A DNA stretch of 32,000 nt from the NCBI RefSeq assembly GCF_008065095.1, contig NZ_CP042911.1:30001-62000 (forward strand), written 5' to 3'. Source of the stretch: Gemmata obscuriglobus (GTDB lineage Bacteria > Planctomycetota > Planctomycetia > Gemmatales > Gemmataceae). Positions 25,701 through 32,000 of this stretch are shown here, piece by piece. Every line of letters begins with the position of its first letter. The stretch's first letter is position 1. A model generated the notes under the pieces. That model ran no database searches and was not told the origin of the DNA. It saw only the letters and a program-made list of their open reading frames with translations. The position numbers were made by a program, and so were the translations under genes.

Positions 25701-26151
25701 TGCGCTCGAGGGTGGGGATGCGGATAAGGGGCGGAGCCTGTTCCTAAACAACTCCGCGGTGTACTGCCAGCGGTGCCACCGGCTCGACGGGCAGGGCGGC
25801 GACGTCGGCCCCGCACTGAACGGACTTGCGGCGGACCCCGAGAAGACCCGGCGCTACTTGCTCGAAGCGGTCGTGGCTCCCAATGCGAAGATCGCAAAGG
25901 GCTACGACACCGTGATCTTGTTGCTCGCCGACGACACCACCGTCTCGGGTGTGGTGAAGAGCGAGGACAAAAAGGAGATGAAGCTCGTCACCGCGGAGAA
26001 CAAGGAGCGCACGATCGCGGTGGAGGACATCCAGCGCCGGCGCACTGGCCCGAGCGCGATGCCGGACGATTTACACAAGAAGCTGAGCCGGCGCGAGCTG
26101 CGGGATCTGGTCGAGTTCCTGACGAGCTTGAAGGACCCGTTGAAGAAGTAA
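22717..26151 (+). CDS. PVC-type heme-binding CxxCH protein (membrane-bound-dehydrogenase-like N-terminal domain, HEAT repeats, C-terminal cytochrome c domain)
   Basis: 1144 aa with signal peptide MPRYLLALPLFAATAFALA. The N-terminal motif CFDEKGKCYVAETTRFENGVPDTRGHMKWLDEDL and beta-propeller-like GPDGKLYFSVGDRG are typical of the Pirellula/Verrucomicrobium N-terminal domain. HEAT-like repeats (DSDGEVRRASVEQIG, DPDDRVKAAAAVAFG). C-terminal CQRCHRLDGQGGDVGPAL heme-binding site. Confidence 0.85.
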   Translation: MPRYLLALPLFAATAFALAVPPEGAGTQPNKKGPSGDDDAAVAQVKAADKGLKVEVWASAPTMANPVSFCFDEKGKCYVAETTRFENGVPDTRGHMKWLDEDLANRSIDDLLKMYNKHNYKGYEKYSDQVRVVWSSNGRGPADKSEVFSGGYNRPQDGLAAGVLARKGSVYFTCIPDLYQLKDTNGDGKADEKKSLFTGFGPTVQFLGHDLHGLRMGPDGKLYFSVGDRGFMVTTKEGKKLEYPNTGAVLRCDPDGANLEVVHSGLRNPQEIAFDDFGNLFTYDNNCDSGDRARWVHIVEGGDSGWRGGFQYSTGYHTPEVPQGNRGAWNTEKLWHTQHEGQPAWIVPPLLHLGNGPAGITHYPGIGLNDKYKDHFFACDFTSSAGSSVIWAVSVKPKGASFEVQKPEPFLRGMVPTDCEFGPDGAFYWSDWVGGWAPQNRGRIFRVTDAEAMKNPKVAEAQKLLAAGFEKASVAELAKLLEFPHQQVRQEAQFELAGRKPEEALKAFEGVLKDGKNRLARLHAVWGLGQISHKSSEAVRSLVEALGDSDGEVRRASVEQIGKVSSPPVAKVQALLTDPDDRVKAAAAVAFGKAGRPRESVRPTGELSAFTPLFDLLRANNDKDPYLRNAAVIGLVKLTANPVDLVNVWKQAKQADQAKYDVPAVRMGLVLALRKLKSEKVAEFVADADAKIVAEVARAAYDERIEGAIPVLAKLAEKSEPDAVAFRALAANYFLGTPECAARVANFAARQSEPDYVRAFALKLLGDWSKPPRRDPITGLTLDLAPRDTKIAAGALLKAGVAVFAGSTVVRSEAAQVAAKLNLKEFGPAMAAIVKDTKSPIATRVEALYAVDALKATEARDLAAFALASDEPRLRAAGRSVKARLAPAEVLKELPALLENPNVSVAEKQGAFAILAAQKTSDAADQLLGLWLDRLNDAKVPGALALDVVEAAETRANAPKLKLSVPLKEKVEAYRRVQNRLANDPKGDKLAAYADALEGGDADKGRSLFLNNSAVYCQRCHRLDGQGGDVGPALNGLAADPEKTRRYLLEAVVAPNAKIAKGYDTVILLLADDTTVSGVVKSEDKKEMKLVTAENKERTIAVEDIQRRRTGPSAMPDDLHKKLSRRELRDLVEFLTSLKDPLKK

Positions 26152-26164
26152 TAATGGTGTCAGC

Positions 26165-26192
26165 GAGCGGGGAGGCATCAGCCTCCCCGCTC
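26165..26192 (+). terminator. stem-loop terminator after the heme-binding protein gene
   Basis: gagcggggaggc-atca-gcctccccgctc is a perfect 12-bp stem with a 4-nt loop, 14 nt after the stop codon. The downstream tract (catttcc) is only weakly T-rich. Confidence 0.55.
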
Positions 26193-26210
26193 CATTTCCG
26201 GAGGCGAGAT

Positions 26211-26825
26211 ATGCCAGTCGTGATTTACGATCCGGTGTACGAGAAGCACGTTCGGGCCGAGCGCGAGCGCCTGTTTCCCAACCCCCGAGACGAAGTCTGG
26301 GACGGAGTGCTGGTCATGGCCCCGCTTGCAAATAATGAGCATCAGCTACTGGTGATGGGCTTGTGTTATGCGTTCGCTTCGGTCGTTGATCGTGACGGTG
26401 GCGATGCCGTTCTTCCCGGCTGCAACGTGAGTGATCGAGATCGCGGCTGGACCGAGAACTATCGCGAACCGGATGTGGCAGTCTATCTCGCGTCGAATTC
26501 AGCAAAGAATAGCGATACGCACTGGGTTGGTGGGCCGGATGTGGCGGTCGAGGTTGTTAGCCCGGGGGAGAACCCACGGCTCAAACTCGATTTCTACGCG
26601 CAGGTCAGTACGCGCGAGCTGCTCATCGTCGAACGCGATCCGTGGGCCGTTGAGCGTTACCAGTTGCGGGGCGGTAAACTGGTGCTGGTAGAAACCGCCG
26701 ATGCCGCGAACGGCACCGTGTTGACCAGTTCGGTACTTCCGCTGACGTTCGAATTGCGTGCCGGCGCGACGCGCCCGGTGATCCGCATTGTGCACACTCA
26801 GACCGGGCAGATCTGGACCGCGTGA
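26211..26825 (+). CDS. Uma2 family (DUF820) restriction-endonuclease-fold protein
   Basis: ATG 26211 is preceded by ggagg. Core motifs REPDVAVY and GPDVAVEVVSPGE followed by K..FYA..S.RELLIVE match the PD-(D/E)xK pattern of Uma2 proteins. The listed ORF 25773.. is an upstream extension inside the preceding gene. Confidence 0.8.
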   Translation: MPVVIYDPVYEKHVRAERERLFPNPRDEVWDGVLVMAPLANNEHQLLVMGLCYAFASVVDRDGGDAVLPGCNVSDRDRGWTENYREPDVAVYLASNSAKNSDTHWVGGPDVAVEVVSPGENPRLKLDFYAQVSTRELLIVERDPWAVERYQLRGGKLVLVETADAANGTVLTSSVLPLTFELRAGATRPVIRIVHTQTGQIWTA

Positions 26826-27069
26826 TCGAAGCTTCTACGCCGCACCGCCTGTTCTTTAGCTTGACGGTGATGGCACATCCCGATGGTTGCTGTAACCAGC
26901 CTAGACGTTTCCGGTGATCGCGACCGGCGCTCGTAACTTCTTGCGCGACAACGGCGACGGCGACTACGTGGTAGGTGGCGGAGAGCCTGAACATGAAACG
27001 TCCCCACGGAACCGCTCTTCAGCGCAACCGCAGGGACTCGATATGCTCGGACGTGCCTTCGTGTAACAG

Positions 27070-27507
27070 TCACTTCACCTTCTTGTGGACCGCGACCACG
27101 ACTCCGCTGCCCGCAGTGCTCTCAAATTTGGTGGGGCGCTCCTTGCCCGGTTCGCCGAACGCGACCGTCAGCGTGTCCCCTTCGAGCTTCGCGATCCCGT
27201 GGAGCGTTTTCCCGTCGTAGGTGCCGCCCTTCACCACCATGTCAATCGTGGCCGGGTTCTTGCTCAGATCGAGTACATAGGTGCCGCTGGTCGGCGCGGC
27301 CTTCGAGCCTGTTGCTGGCGTCAGCGTGTACTTGCCGTCGGCGTGCTCACGGATCGCCCCTTTGAGTGCGTCCACGGCCTTGCCGTCTCGGGTCACCAAC
27401 TCCACCACCCACTTGCCGGTCGTTGGGTCCTTCTTGTCGTCCGCGGCGGTCGAGAGTCCAACGACGGCGGCCACCAACGTGAGCGCGAGCAGCGTGCGCA
27501 TGGTCAC
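27070..27507 (-). CDS. TIGR03067-type small secreted protein, copy 3
   Basis: Signal peptide MTMRTLLALTLVAAVVGLSTAA. C-terminal KLEGDTLTVAFGEPGKERPTKFEST is parallel to copies 1 and 2. Confidence 0.8.
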   Translation of the reverse strand: MTMRTLLALTLVAAVVGLSTAADDKKDPTTGKWVVELVTRDGKAVDALKGAIREHADGKYTLTPATGSKAAPTSGTYVLDLSKNPATIDMVVKGGTYDGKTLHGIAKLEGDTLTVAFGEPGKERPTKFESTAGSGVVVAVHKKVK

Positions 27508-27573
27508 TCCTTGATAGAGCGGGACGCCCGCGCGACTCGCGGGCTTGTGGTGGTATAGCGGAACCGGGGGCGG

Positions 27574-27954
27574 TCACCAGGACTCTTCAGGCGCATCGAA
27601 ATCGGGGTGGAAGGCCGACCACTTGGGCAACCCGAGACGCGAAGCGGACCAGCGGTAGTAAACCGCCGACAGGCTCCCAAACAGAATCGCACCCGACACA
27701 CCGACCATAGCCAGCGGCCATGCGAGCGGCTTTCCGACCAAGAGACGAAGGACAATGACCGCGACGTTCAGGCCGATTCCGAGCGGGACGCCGGTGAGAA
27801 GCGCGACAGGCAGGAACGTGAGGAAATGAGGAGGCGGGATGAGAAATCCCGCGCGCCAGCACAGACGCCAGAGAAGAGGGGCCGCGGTATGAGCTGCGAT
27901 CCGCTGCCCTTTGAGGTACTCGACCGCGGTGTCGATTTTCTCACGCTCGGTCAC
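27574..27954 (-). CDS. small multi-pass membrane protein (possibly DUF6404-like)
   Basis: 126 aa. The N-terminal soluble helix is followed by three hydrophobic segments (APLLWRLCWRAGFLIPPPHF, LPVALLTGVPLGIGLNVAVIVL, LAMVGVSGAILFGSLSAVYY). The start overlaps the upstream phosphoesterase gene by 14 nt. The family call is from memory only. Confidence 0.5.
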   Translation of the reverse strand: MTEREKIDTAVEYLKGQRIAAHTAAPLLWRLCWRAGFLIPPPHFLTFLPVALLTGVPLGIGLNVAVIVLRLLVGKPLAWPLAMVGVSGAILFGSLSAVYYRWSASRLGLPKWSAFHPDFDAPEESW

Positions 27955-28822
27955 GACGGACTTCGGCAGCGAGGGTGATGAGCGTCAGTTCGGGACGGCT
28001 GCCGACGCGGAACGGCGCACTCGTGGTGCCGAGCCCGCGCGACACGTACACCTGCGTCGTGGGGGCCTGAACAAATCCCTTGAGGTACTTTTGGCCGTAG
28101 TGGCTCGGGACGAACGGCGCTTCGCCGGTGGGGAAGACCACTTGTCCGCCGTGTGTGTGCCCGCTCAGCATTAACCCGACGCGTGTGTCTTTCATCTTCT
28201 CCGCCACGTCGGGGTTGTGGCTCAGGAGCAACACGGCATCGGTTTCACGCACGTCGCCGAGAGCCGCTCGCACATCGACTTGGCCCATCCACTTGTCGTC
28301 CACCCCGGCGAGGCACAGGCGCGCGCCCCGGCGTTCGAGCCACACGTGGCGGTTGGTTAGTTCGTGGACGTCTGCGGCTGCAAATCCGTCGCGCGTCTCG
28401 GCGAGCCCGTGCCAGTAGTCGTGGTTGCCCAGGACGCCGTACACGCCGAGTGGCGCCTTCAGGGCCGCGAGCGCCTCGAAGCACGGGCCGATGTATTTTC
28501 CGTCCTTGAGTGAGTAGTCGCCGCCGAGCAGGATCAGATCGGGTTCGAGGCTGAGGGCGGTGCGGACGATCGTGTGGACGTATTCGAGTGAGGTGAACGG
28601 CCCGTGGTGAATGTCGGTGAGGAACGCGACCGTCGTGCCCTCGAACTCCTTTGGCAGGTTCCGAAGCGGGACCGTGTGGCGTGTGATCTGGAGCCAGCCG
28701 GATTCGAACAGCCCGTAAGCGGCTCCGGCGGTCGCGCCGGGCGCGAGCGACGCAAGGGCGGCTTTGATGAAGAGTCGACGATCCATCACACCCACACTCG
28801 GGTTGTTGGGAACCGAGTTCAT
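27941..28822 (-). CDS. Tat-exported metallophosphoesterase (YaeI-like)
   Basis: Twin-arginine-like MDRRLFIKAALASLAPGA. Calcineurin-like motifs DIHHG, GGDY, GNHDYW, SHNPD and GHTHGGQ in the canonical order. Confidence 0.88.
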   Translation of the reverse strand: MNSVPNNPSVGVMDRRLFIKAALASLAPGATAGAAYGLFESGWLQITRHTVPLRNLPKEFEGTTVAFLTDIHHGPFTSLEYVHTIVRTALSLEPDLILLGGDYSLKDGKYIGPCFEALAALKAPLGVYGVLGNHDYWHGLAETRDGFAAADVHELTNRHVWLERRGARLCLAGVDDKWMGQVDVRAALGDVRETDAVLLLSHNPDVAEKMKDTRVGLMLSGHTHGGQVVFPTGEAPFVPSHYGQKYLKGFVQAPTTQVYVSRGLGTTSAPFRVGSRPELTLITLAAEVRRDRA

Positions 28823-28960
28823 TACTTCTTAAAAGGATAAGCTGGTGAGGGGGCATAAATCTAGAGCGGGAATTGCGAGGTGCAAGGAAAGTTGAGGCGA
28901 ATCGTTAGAAACGCTGGCGCTGCAATCCGTGCGCTAAGTAAAGTTGGCGCAGGCCCCGCA

Positions 28961-30091
28961 TTATCCGGCGAACTGCCAGTGGACGTATCTGTTCAGCAGC
29001 AGTAATTGGGCGAACGCGAATCCTGTCAGGGTGACGAGCAGAAGCAGTCGTCGGTTGCGGAGCAGATCGGCCAGTTCGATCCAGGCCGGTAACGACGCGA
29101 GAACGATTCGGTGCCCGCTGAGCAGCGAGCCGGACACAAAGAGTTGCGCGACCGGGATCAGAGCCAGCACCCCCCAGAACGCGCCGCGCTTGTGCCACGC
29201 GCGAACGCCGAGAGCCGCGACCCCGAGAGCGGCAGCGGCCTCCCCCCAGTGCGGGAGCGCCGGATCGTAGATCGACTCCAGCGTTCGGAACGGGTTCTTC
29301 CAAGACAGTTCCGGGCGGCCCCATTTCGCCTGTGCCTTTAGCCCCGCGAATGGATCTCCGACGACCCACCACAAAGTACCCCAGAACAACGCGATCCCGC
29401 CGAGACTGCCGAGCATCACGGCGAGGGCACGCGGGCATTCGTGGCGCTTTCGTCTCAGTGCGCAGTCGACTGCGGCGGCGACCGCAAGTGCCCCGCCCGT
29501 CATGCGAGCGAGCGAGCCGCCGAGCGCGGCGAGACCCGCACGGAGGGGACGGTTCTGTTGCCACGCAGCGAGAGCGAGTGCGGTGAAGAGCAACCCGAAC
29601 GATTCGTTGTACGGGGCAGAAAGGAAGAACGCGGTCGGGAACGCGAGCAGCAACGCCAAGGCGCGCCAGCCGGCGGATCGGCAGCGGAGTTGGCGTGCCG
29701 CAACTTGTGCGAACACCGCGGCCCCTGCCGCACCCGTTGCGTTAGCGACGATGAGACCGGCCCAAAAGAGGTTCAACCCCAGCGCGTGCGCGGCTTCCAT
29801 GCAAACGGGCATTGCGGGGAAGAACGCAACACCGAGTCGGCCGCCGGAGTCGGCCGCGTTCGCGTACCCGTTTTCGGCGACGTTCGCGAGCCAGCAGGCA
29901 TCGAACCGGTACCACGGTTCAATGAGGCGGGCGGAGCTTTGAGCGCAGAGGTCGCGAGTGCGGGTCGGGGTTGCGCTGTGTCCGTAAGGGTCGGGTGGGC
30001 TCGCAGCGAGCGCCAAGCCGAGAAGGATCGTCGCGAGGCGGACCGCCAGCGCAGCGAGGAAGAGTGGAAGAAAGTGTGGCGTGTGAGTCAT
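28961..30091 (-). CDS. polytopic membrane glycosyltransferase-like protein (PIG-V/mannosyltransferase-like)
   Basis: 376 aa with about 9-10 hydrophobic segments. The first periplasmic loop, WYRFDACWLANVAENGY, resembles the W.RWD..WY..IA..GY signature of bacterial PIG-V-like mannosyltransferases. Confidence 0.6.
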   Translation of the reverse strand: MTHTPHFLPLFLAALAVRLATILLGLALAASPPDPYGHSATPTRTRDLCAQSSARLIEPWYRFDACWLANVAENGYANAADSGGRLGVAFFPAMPVCMEAAHALGLNLFWAGLIVANATGAAGAAVFAQVAARQLRCRSAGWRALALLLAFPTAFFLSAPYNESFGLLFTALALAAWQQNRPLRAGLAALGGSLARMTGGALAVAAAVDCALRRKRHECPRALAVMLGSLGGIALFWGTLWWVVGDPFAGLKAQAKWGRPELSWKNPFRTLESIYDPALPHWGEAAAALGVAALGVRAWHKRGAFWGVLALIPVAQLFVSGSLLSGHRIVLASLPAWIELADLLRNRRLLLLVTLTGFAFAQLLLLNRYVHWQFAG

Positions 30092-30134
30092 CGCGCGGGA
30101 AGTGTACCACAGCGCAGACGGTCAAAGTGAAACA

Positions 30135-30193
30135 GAAAGCGACTCGCGGCCGTGTTCCCTTACTCGAAGGGAACACGGCCGCGAGTCGCTTTC
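30135..30193 (-). terminator. perfect 27-bp-stem hairpin immediately 3' of tRNA-Pro
   Basis: gaaagcgactcgcggccgtgttccctt (30135-30161), loop actcg, then aagggaacacggccgcgagtcgctttc (30167-30193). The arms are exact reverse complements. The hairpin starts 4 nt past the tRNA 3' end and lies 43 nt upstream of the glycosyltransferase-like gene start. Confidence 0.75.
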
Positions 30194-30197
30194 GTAG

Positions 30198-30272
30198 TCG
30201 GGGCGGCGGGATTTGAACCCACGACCTCCTGCTCCCAAGGCAGGCGCGCTAGCCAGACTGCGCTACGCCCCG
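30198..30272 (-). tRNA. tRNA-Pro (anticodon UGG)
   Basis: The minus-strand sequence CGGGGCG-TA-GCGC-AGTCTGGCTA-GCGC-G-CCTGC-CTTGGGA-GCAGG-AGGTC-GTGGG-TTCAAAT-CCCGC-CGCCCCG-A folds into a full cloverleaf. The 7-nt anticodon loop has TGG at positions 34-36. CCA is not encoded. Confidence 0.92.
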
Positions 30273-30275
30273 TTC

Positions 30276-30307
30276 GATTGCGGCTTCCGAACCCGAACGC
30301 CGCAATC
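30276..30307 (-). terminator. stem-loop between the paralogue array and tRNA-Pro
   Basis: gattgcggc-(14-nt loop)-gccgcaatc is a perfect 9-bp stem, located 43 nt after the stop of the last paralogue gene. No U-tract. Confidence 0.35.
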
Positions 30308-30349
30308 ACATGCTATCGGTTCGCCGGGATACGAAAAAGGGCAAAGGTG

Positions 30350-30871
30350 TCACTTCGCCAACTCGAACGACTTCAGGAACTCGTCCGCCTCTTTGCCGGT
30401 CGCTTGCTCCTTCGACCCGATCACGAATACCTGGTAGAGCCGGGCGTCGACCATGATGATTCGGACGCGGAGCGTCAGCGATTCTTTTTCGGCAACCAGG
30501 TCGCGAGCGGGGTAGTCCTTGCCGTTCGCCTTGAAGACCGTCTCACTGGACGAAACGATCTTCGCCTTGAAGTTGTCTTCGAGCCCCTTCGCGCCGCCTT
30601 CCAGCAGTTTCTTCCCCGGGCTGCTTTTCACCACGTCCGCCGGCAGGTCGGTGTAGATCACCGCGAACCCGACTTTGTCTTTGTCTTTGTCCTTTTCCGC
30701 GATGGTGATGTACAGGTCGAGCCCGCCGGCCTTTTGCGGCACTACCTTCGGCTCGAGCGGGAACTTGGCGCTAAACTTCCCGTCCTTGGAGTCGAACTTC
30801 TTGTCCTGTCCGGTCAGCGCGCCGGCCCCGAGTACCAGCACGGTCACGGCCAACACCGTTTTAAGGCTCAT
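30350..30871 (-). CDS. secreted protein of unknown function, tandem paralogue A
   Basis: The preferred start is ATG 30871 (MSLKTVLAVTVLVLGAGALTG, gggag 8 nt upstream). The listed GTG 30889 would overlap the stop of paralogue B. Shares DGKFSAKFP..PKV, FAVIYTDLP, RLYQVFVIGSKE and EADEFLKSFELAK* blocks with B and C. Confidence 0.7.
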   Translation of the reverse strand: MSLKTVLAVTVLVLGAGALTGQDKKFDSKDGKFSAKFPLEPKVVPQKAGGLDLYITIAEKDKDKDKVGFAVIYTDLPADVVKSSPGKKLLEGGAKGLEDNFKAKIVSSSETVFKANGKDYPARDLVAEKESLTLRVRIIMVDARLYQVFVIGSKEQATGKEADEFLKSFELAK

Positions 30872-30885
30872 AGCGAGCTCCCAGG

Positions 30886-31422
30886 TCACTTGGTCAGGTC
30901 GAGCGAGTCGAGGAACGCGGTGGCCTCTTTTCCGCCGACGAACTCGGCGGTTCCGATGACGGCCACCTGATACAAGCGGTTGTCGCGCAGGACCGCACGC
31001 ACCTTGATCCGCTGCTTATCCTTGTCTCTGTCTACGGTAACTTCCCGACCGGGCAACTTGTCGGGACCGAACTCGATTTCCTTTTCGCTCACGGTTCCTT
31101 TGGCCTTGAGCGCGTCCCGCACGCCGTCGAACAGGGTCTTGCGGTTCTCGTCTTTGGCAGCGGCGACCGGGAAATCGGTGTAGCTCACGAGGTACACGTT
31201 CGCGTCGCTCGCCGCGTAGGTCGCGACGTTGATCTTAAGATCGCCCAGGGCGCTCCGGGCCGTTTGGTTGGTGACCTTCGGGGCGCCCGGGAACTTCGCC
31301 GCGTACCGCCCTTCGGTTGAGATGTACGGCTGCCCCGCGGGCTGGGCCTGGAGTAGCACCGCGGACAGGGCGAGGGACGCGAGCGCGCTGGCGCATCGAG
31401 GACTGGTTCGGCGGTGGATCAC
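30886..31422 (-). CDS. secreted protein of unknown function, tandem paralogue B
   Basis: The GTG start at 31422 overlaps the stop of paralogue C (GTGA). Signal peptide MIHRRTSPRCASALASLALSAVLLQAQP. Conserved blocks EGRYAAKFPGAPKV, YLVSYTDFP, RLYQVAVIGTAE and EATAFLDSLDLTK*. Confidence 0.7.
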   Translation of the reverse strand: MIHRRTSPRCASALASLALSAVLLQAQPAGQPYISTEGRYAAKFPGAPKVTNQTARSALGDLKINVATYAASDANVYLVSYTDFPVAAAKDENRKTLFDGVRDALKAKGTVSEKEIEFGPDKLPGREVTVDRDKDKQRIKVRAVLRDNRLYQVAVIGTAEFVGGKEATAFLDSLDLTK

Positions 31423-31940
31423 TTGGTCAGCTCGAACGAGTTAATGAACTTGTCCGCGGTCTCGGAAGTCACCACTTCCTTCGATCCCTGGACCATCACC
31501 TGGTACAGGCGCCGCTCGACGATCACCATTCTATTGCGGAGGAACCCGTTAGGGGTTTCCAGCACCACGTCCCGGCCCGTGAACTTGGCGTCGCCGAGCG
31601 AGAGCGTGACCTCTTTGTCCTCGATCACTTTCCCGTTCTCACCCTTAACCGCGTCGCGGACCTTCTCGAGCCGCGGCCCCGGAGGCCGCTTCGAAACCTC
31701 TTCGGACGCGTCGATGTGGCTGACGGCGAAGCTAATGTCGCCTTTGAGTTCCACGGAGTCGATGGTGAGCTTGAGGGTGTCCTTGCCGGACACCACGTCC
31801 GTCGTCGCCGTCTTCGGTGTGCCGGGGAACTGGATCTTGTAGCGCCCGTCACCGGATGCGAAGGGCTTGAAGTCCTGCCCGCGTGCGGCGAGTGGGAGAG
31901 CCAGCAGTAACGCCATGAGCGCGAACGTCCGTGCCCGCAT
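31419..31940 (-). CDS. secreted protein of unknown function, tandem paralogue C
   Basis: ATG 31940 is preceded by ggagg 8 nt upstream. Signal peptide MRARTFALMALLLALPLAARG. Conserved blocks DGRYKIQFPGTPKT, FAVSHIDAS, RLYQVMVQGSKE and TADKFINSFELTK*. Confidence 0.72.
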   Translation of the reverse strand: MRARTFALMALLLALPLAARGQDFKPFASGDGRYKIQFPGTPKTATTDVVSGKDTLKLTIDSVELKGDISFAVSHIDASEEVSKRPPGPRLEKVRDAVKGENGKVIEDKEVTLSLGDAKFTGRDVVLETPNGFLRNRMVIVERRLYQVMVQGSKEVVTSETADKFINSFELTK

Positions 31941-32000
31941 AGGTCCGCCTCCGAGTGGTGAGACGCCAGAGCCTAGACGATGCGCTGAACGCGCGGCAAG

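Noticed and set aside
25773-26210. N-terminal 146-codon extension of the Uma2 ORF
   Set aside because: It overlaps the 3' end of the heme-binding protein gene and crosses the terminator hairpin. The ATG at 26211 has a ggagg ribosome-binding site, and the homologous region starts there.
26826-27069. 244-nt convergent intergenic region between the Uma2 and TIGR03067 copy 3 genes, examined for terminators, small RNAs or gene fragments
   Set aside because: It contains only weak 5-bp stems and an unconvincing 123-aa ORF (26623..26994) that overlaps the Uma2 3' end. Nothing can be supported.
28961-30272. tRNA-Pro as the attachment site of an integrated island
   Set aside because: There is no integrase, recombinase or phage gene nearby. 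I did not find a direct repeat of the tRNA 3' end in the window.
30675-30700. gtctttgtctttgtcctttt micro-repeat
   Set aside because: It is simply the coding sequence for the KDKDKDK turn in paralogue A, not an independent repeat element.
1-32000. CRISPR arrays, rRNA genes, transposases/IS elements
   Set aside because: No regularly spaced direct repeats, rRNA-like conserved stretches or transposase/integrase-like ORFs were seen in any frame.

Overview
GC-rich chromosomal segment. Its gene content points to a Planctomycetota (Gemmataceae-like) genome: two DUF1559 proteins with prepilin-type N-termini, three TIGR03067-type small secreted proteins, a PVC-type CxxCH heme-binding giant protein and a Gemmata/Verrucomicrobium-type ECF sigma factor. 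The backbone is housekeeping: ruvC-ruvA...ruvB, cysS, ispF, a long minus-strand cofactor operon (folE, YdiJ-like FAD/Fe-S oxidase, moaD, moaE, moaA), an acyl-CoA dehydrogenase and tRNA-Pro(UGG). Lineage-specific or uncharacterised pieces sit among these genes. (1) Accessory cargo lies between ruvA and ruvB: an RHH antitoxin, a Doc toxin truncated before its Fic motif, and two TIGR03067 genes, one frameshifted. (2) An ECF sigma/anti-sigma pair is followed by a DUF1559 pseudopilin-like gene and a lipoprotein gene, and a similar DUF1559 + lipoprotein pair recurs 11 kb away. (3) An unknown membrane-anchored protein is wedged between moaD and moaE. (4) Three tandem, tightly packed (one stop/start overlap) paralogous secreted proteins of unknown function lie next to tRNA-Pro. 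(5) Several structured DNA elements are present: a nested 32-nt inverted-repeat REP-like element, a perfect 27-bp-stem hairpin beside tRNA-Pro, and a 15-bp palindrome over a TATAAT box. No CRISPR array, integrase, transposase or rRNA was seen. The best candidates for an undescribed system are the triplicated secreted-protein array (30350-31940) and the ECF/anti-sigma/DUF1559/lipoprotein module (7611-11213). Neither can be assigned a function from sequence alone. All family assignments come from motif recognition by eye, not from database searches.
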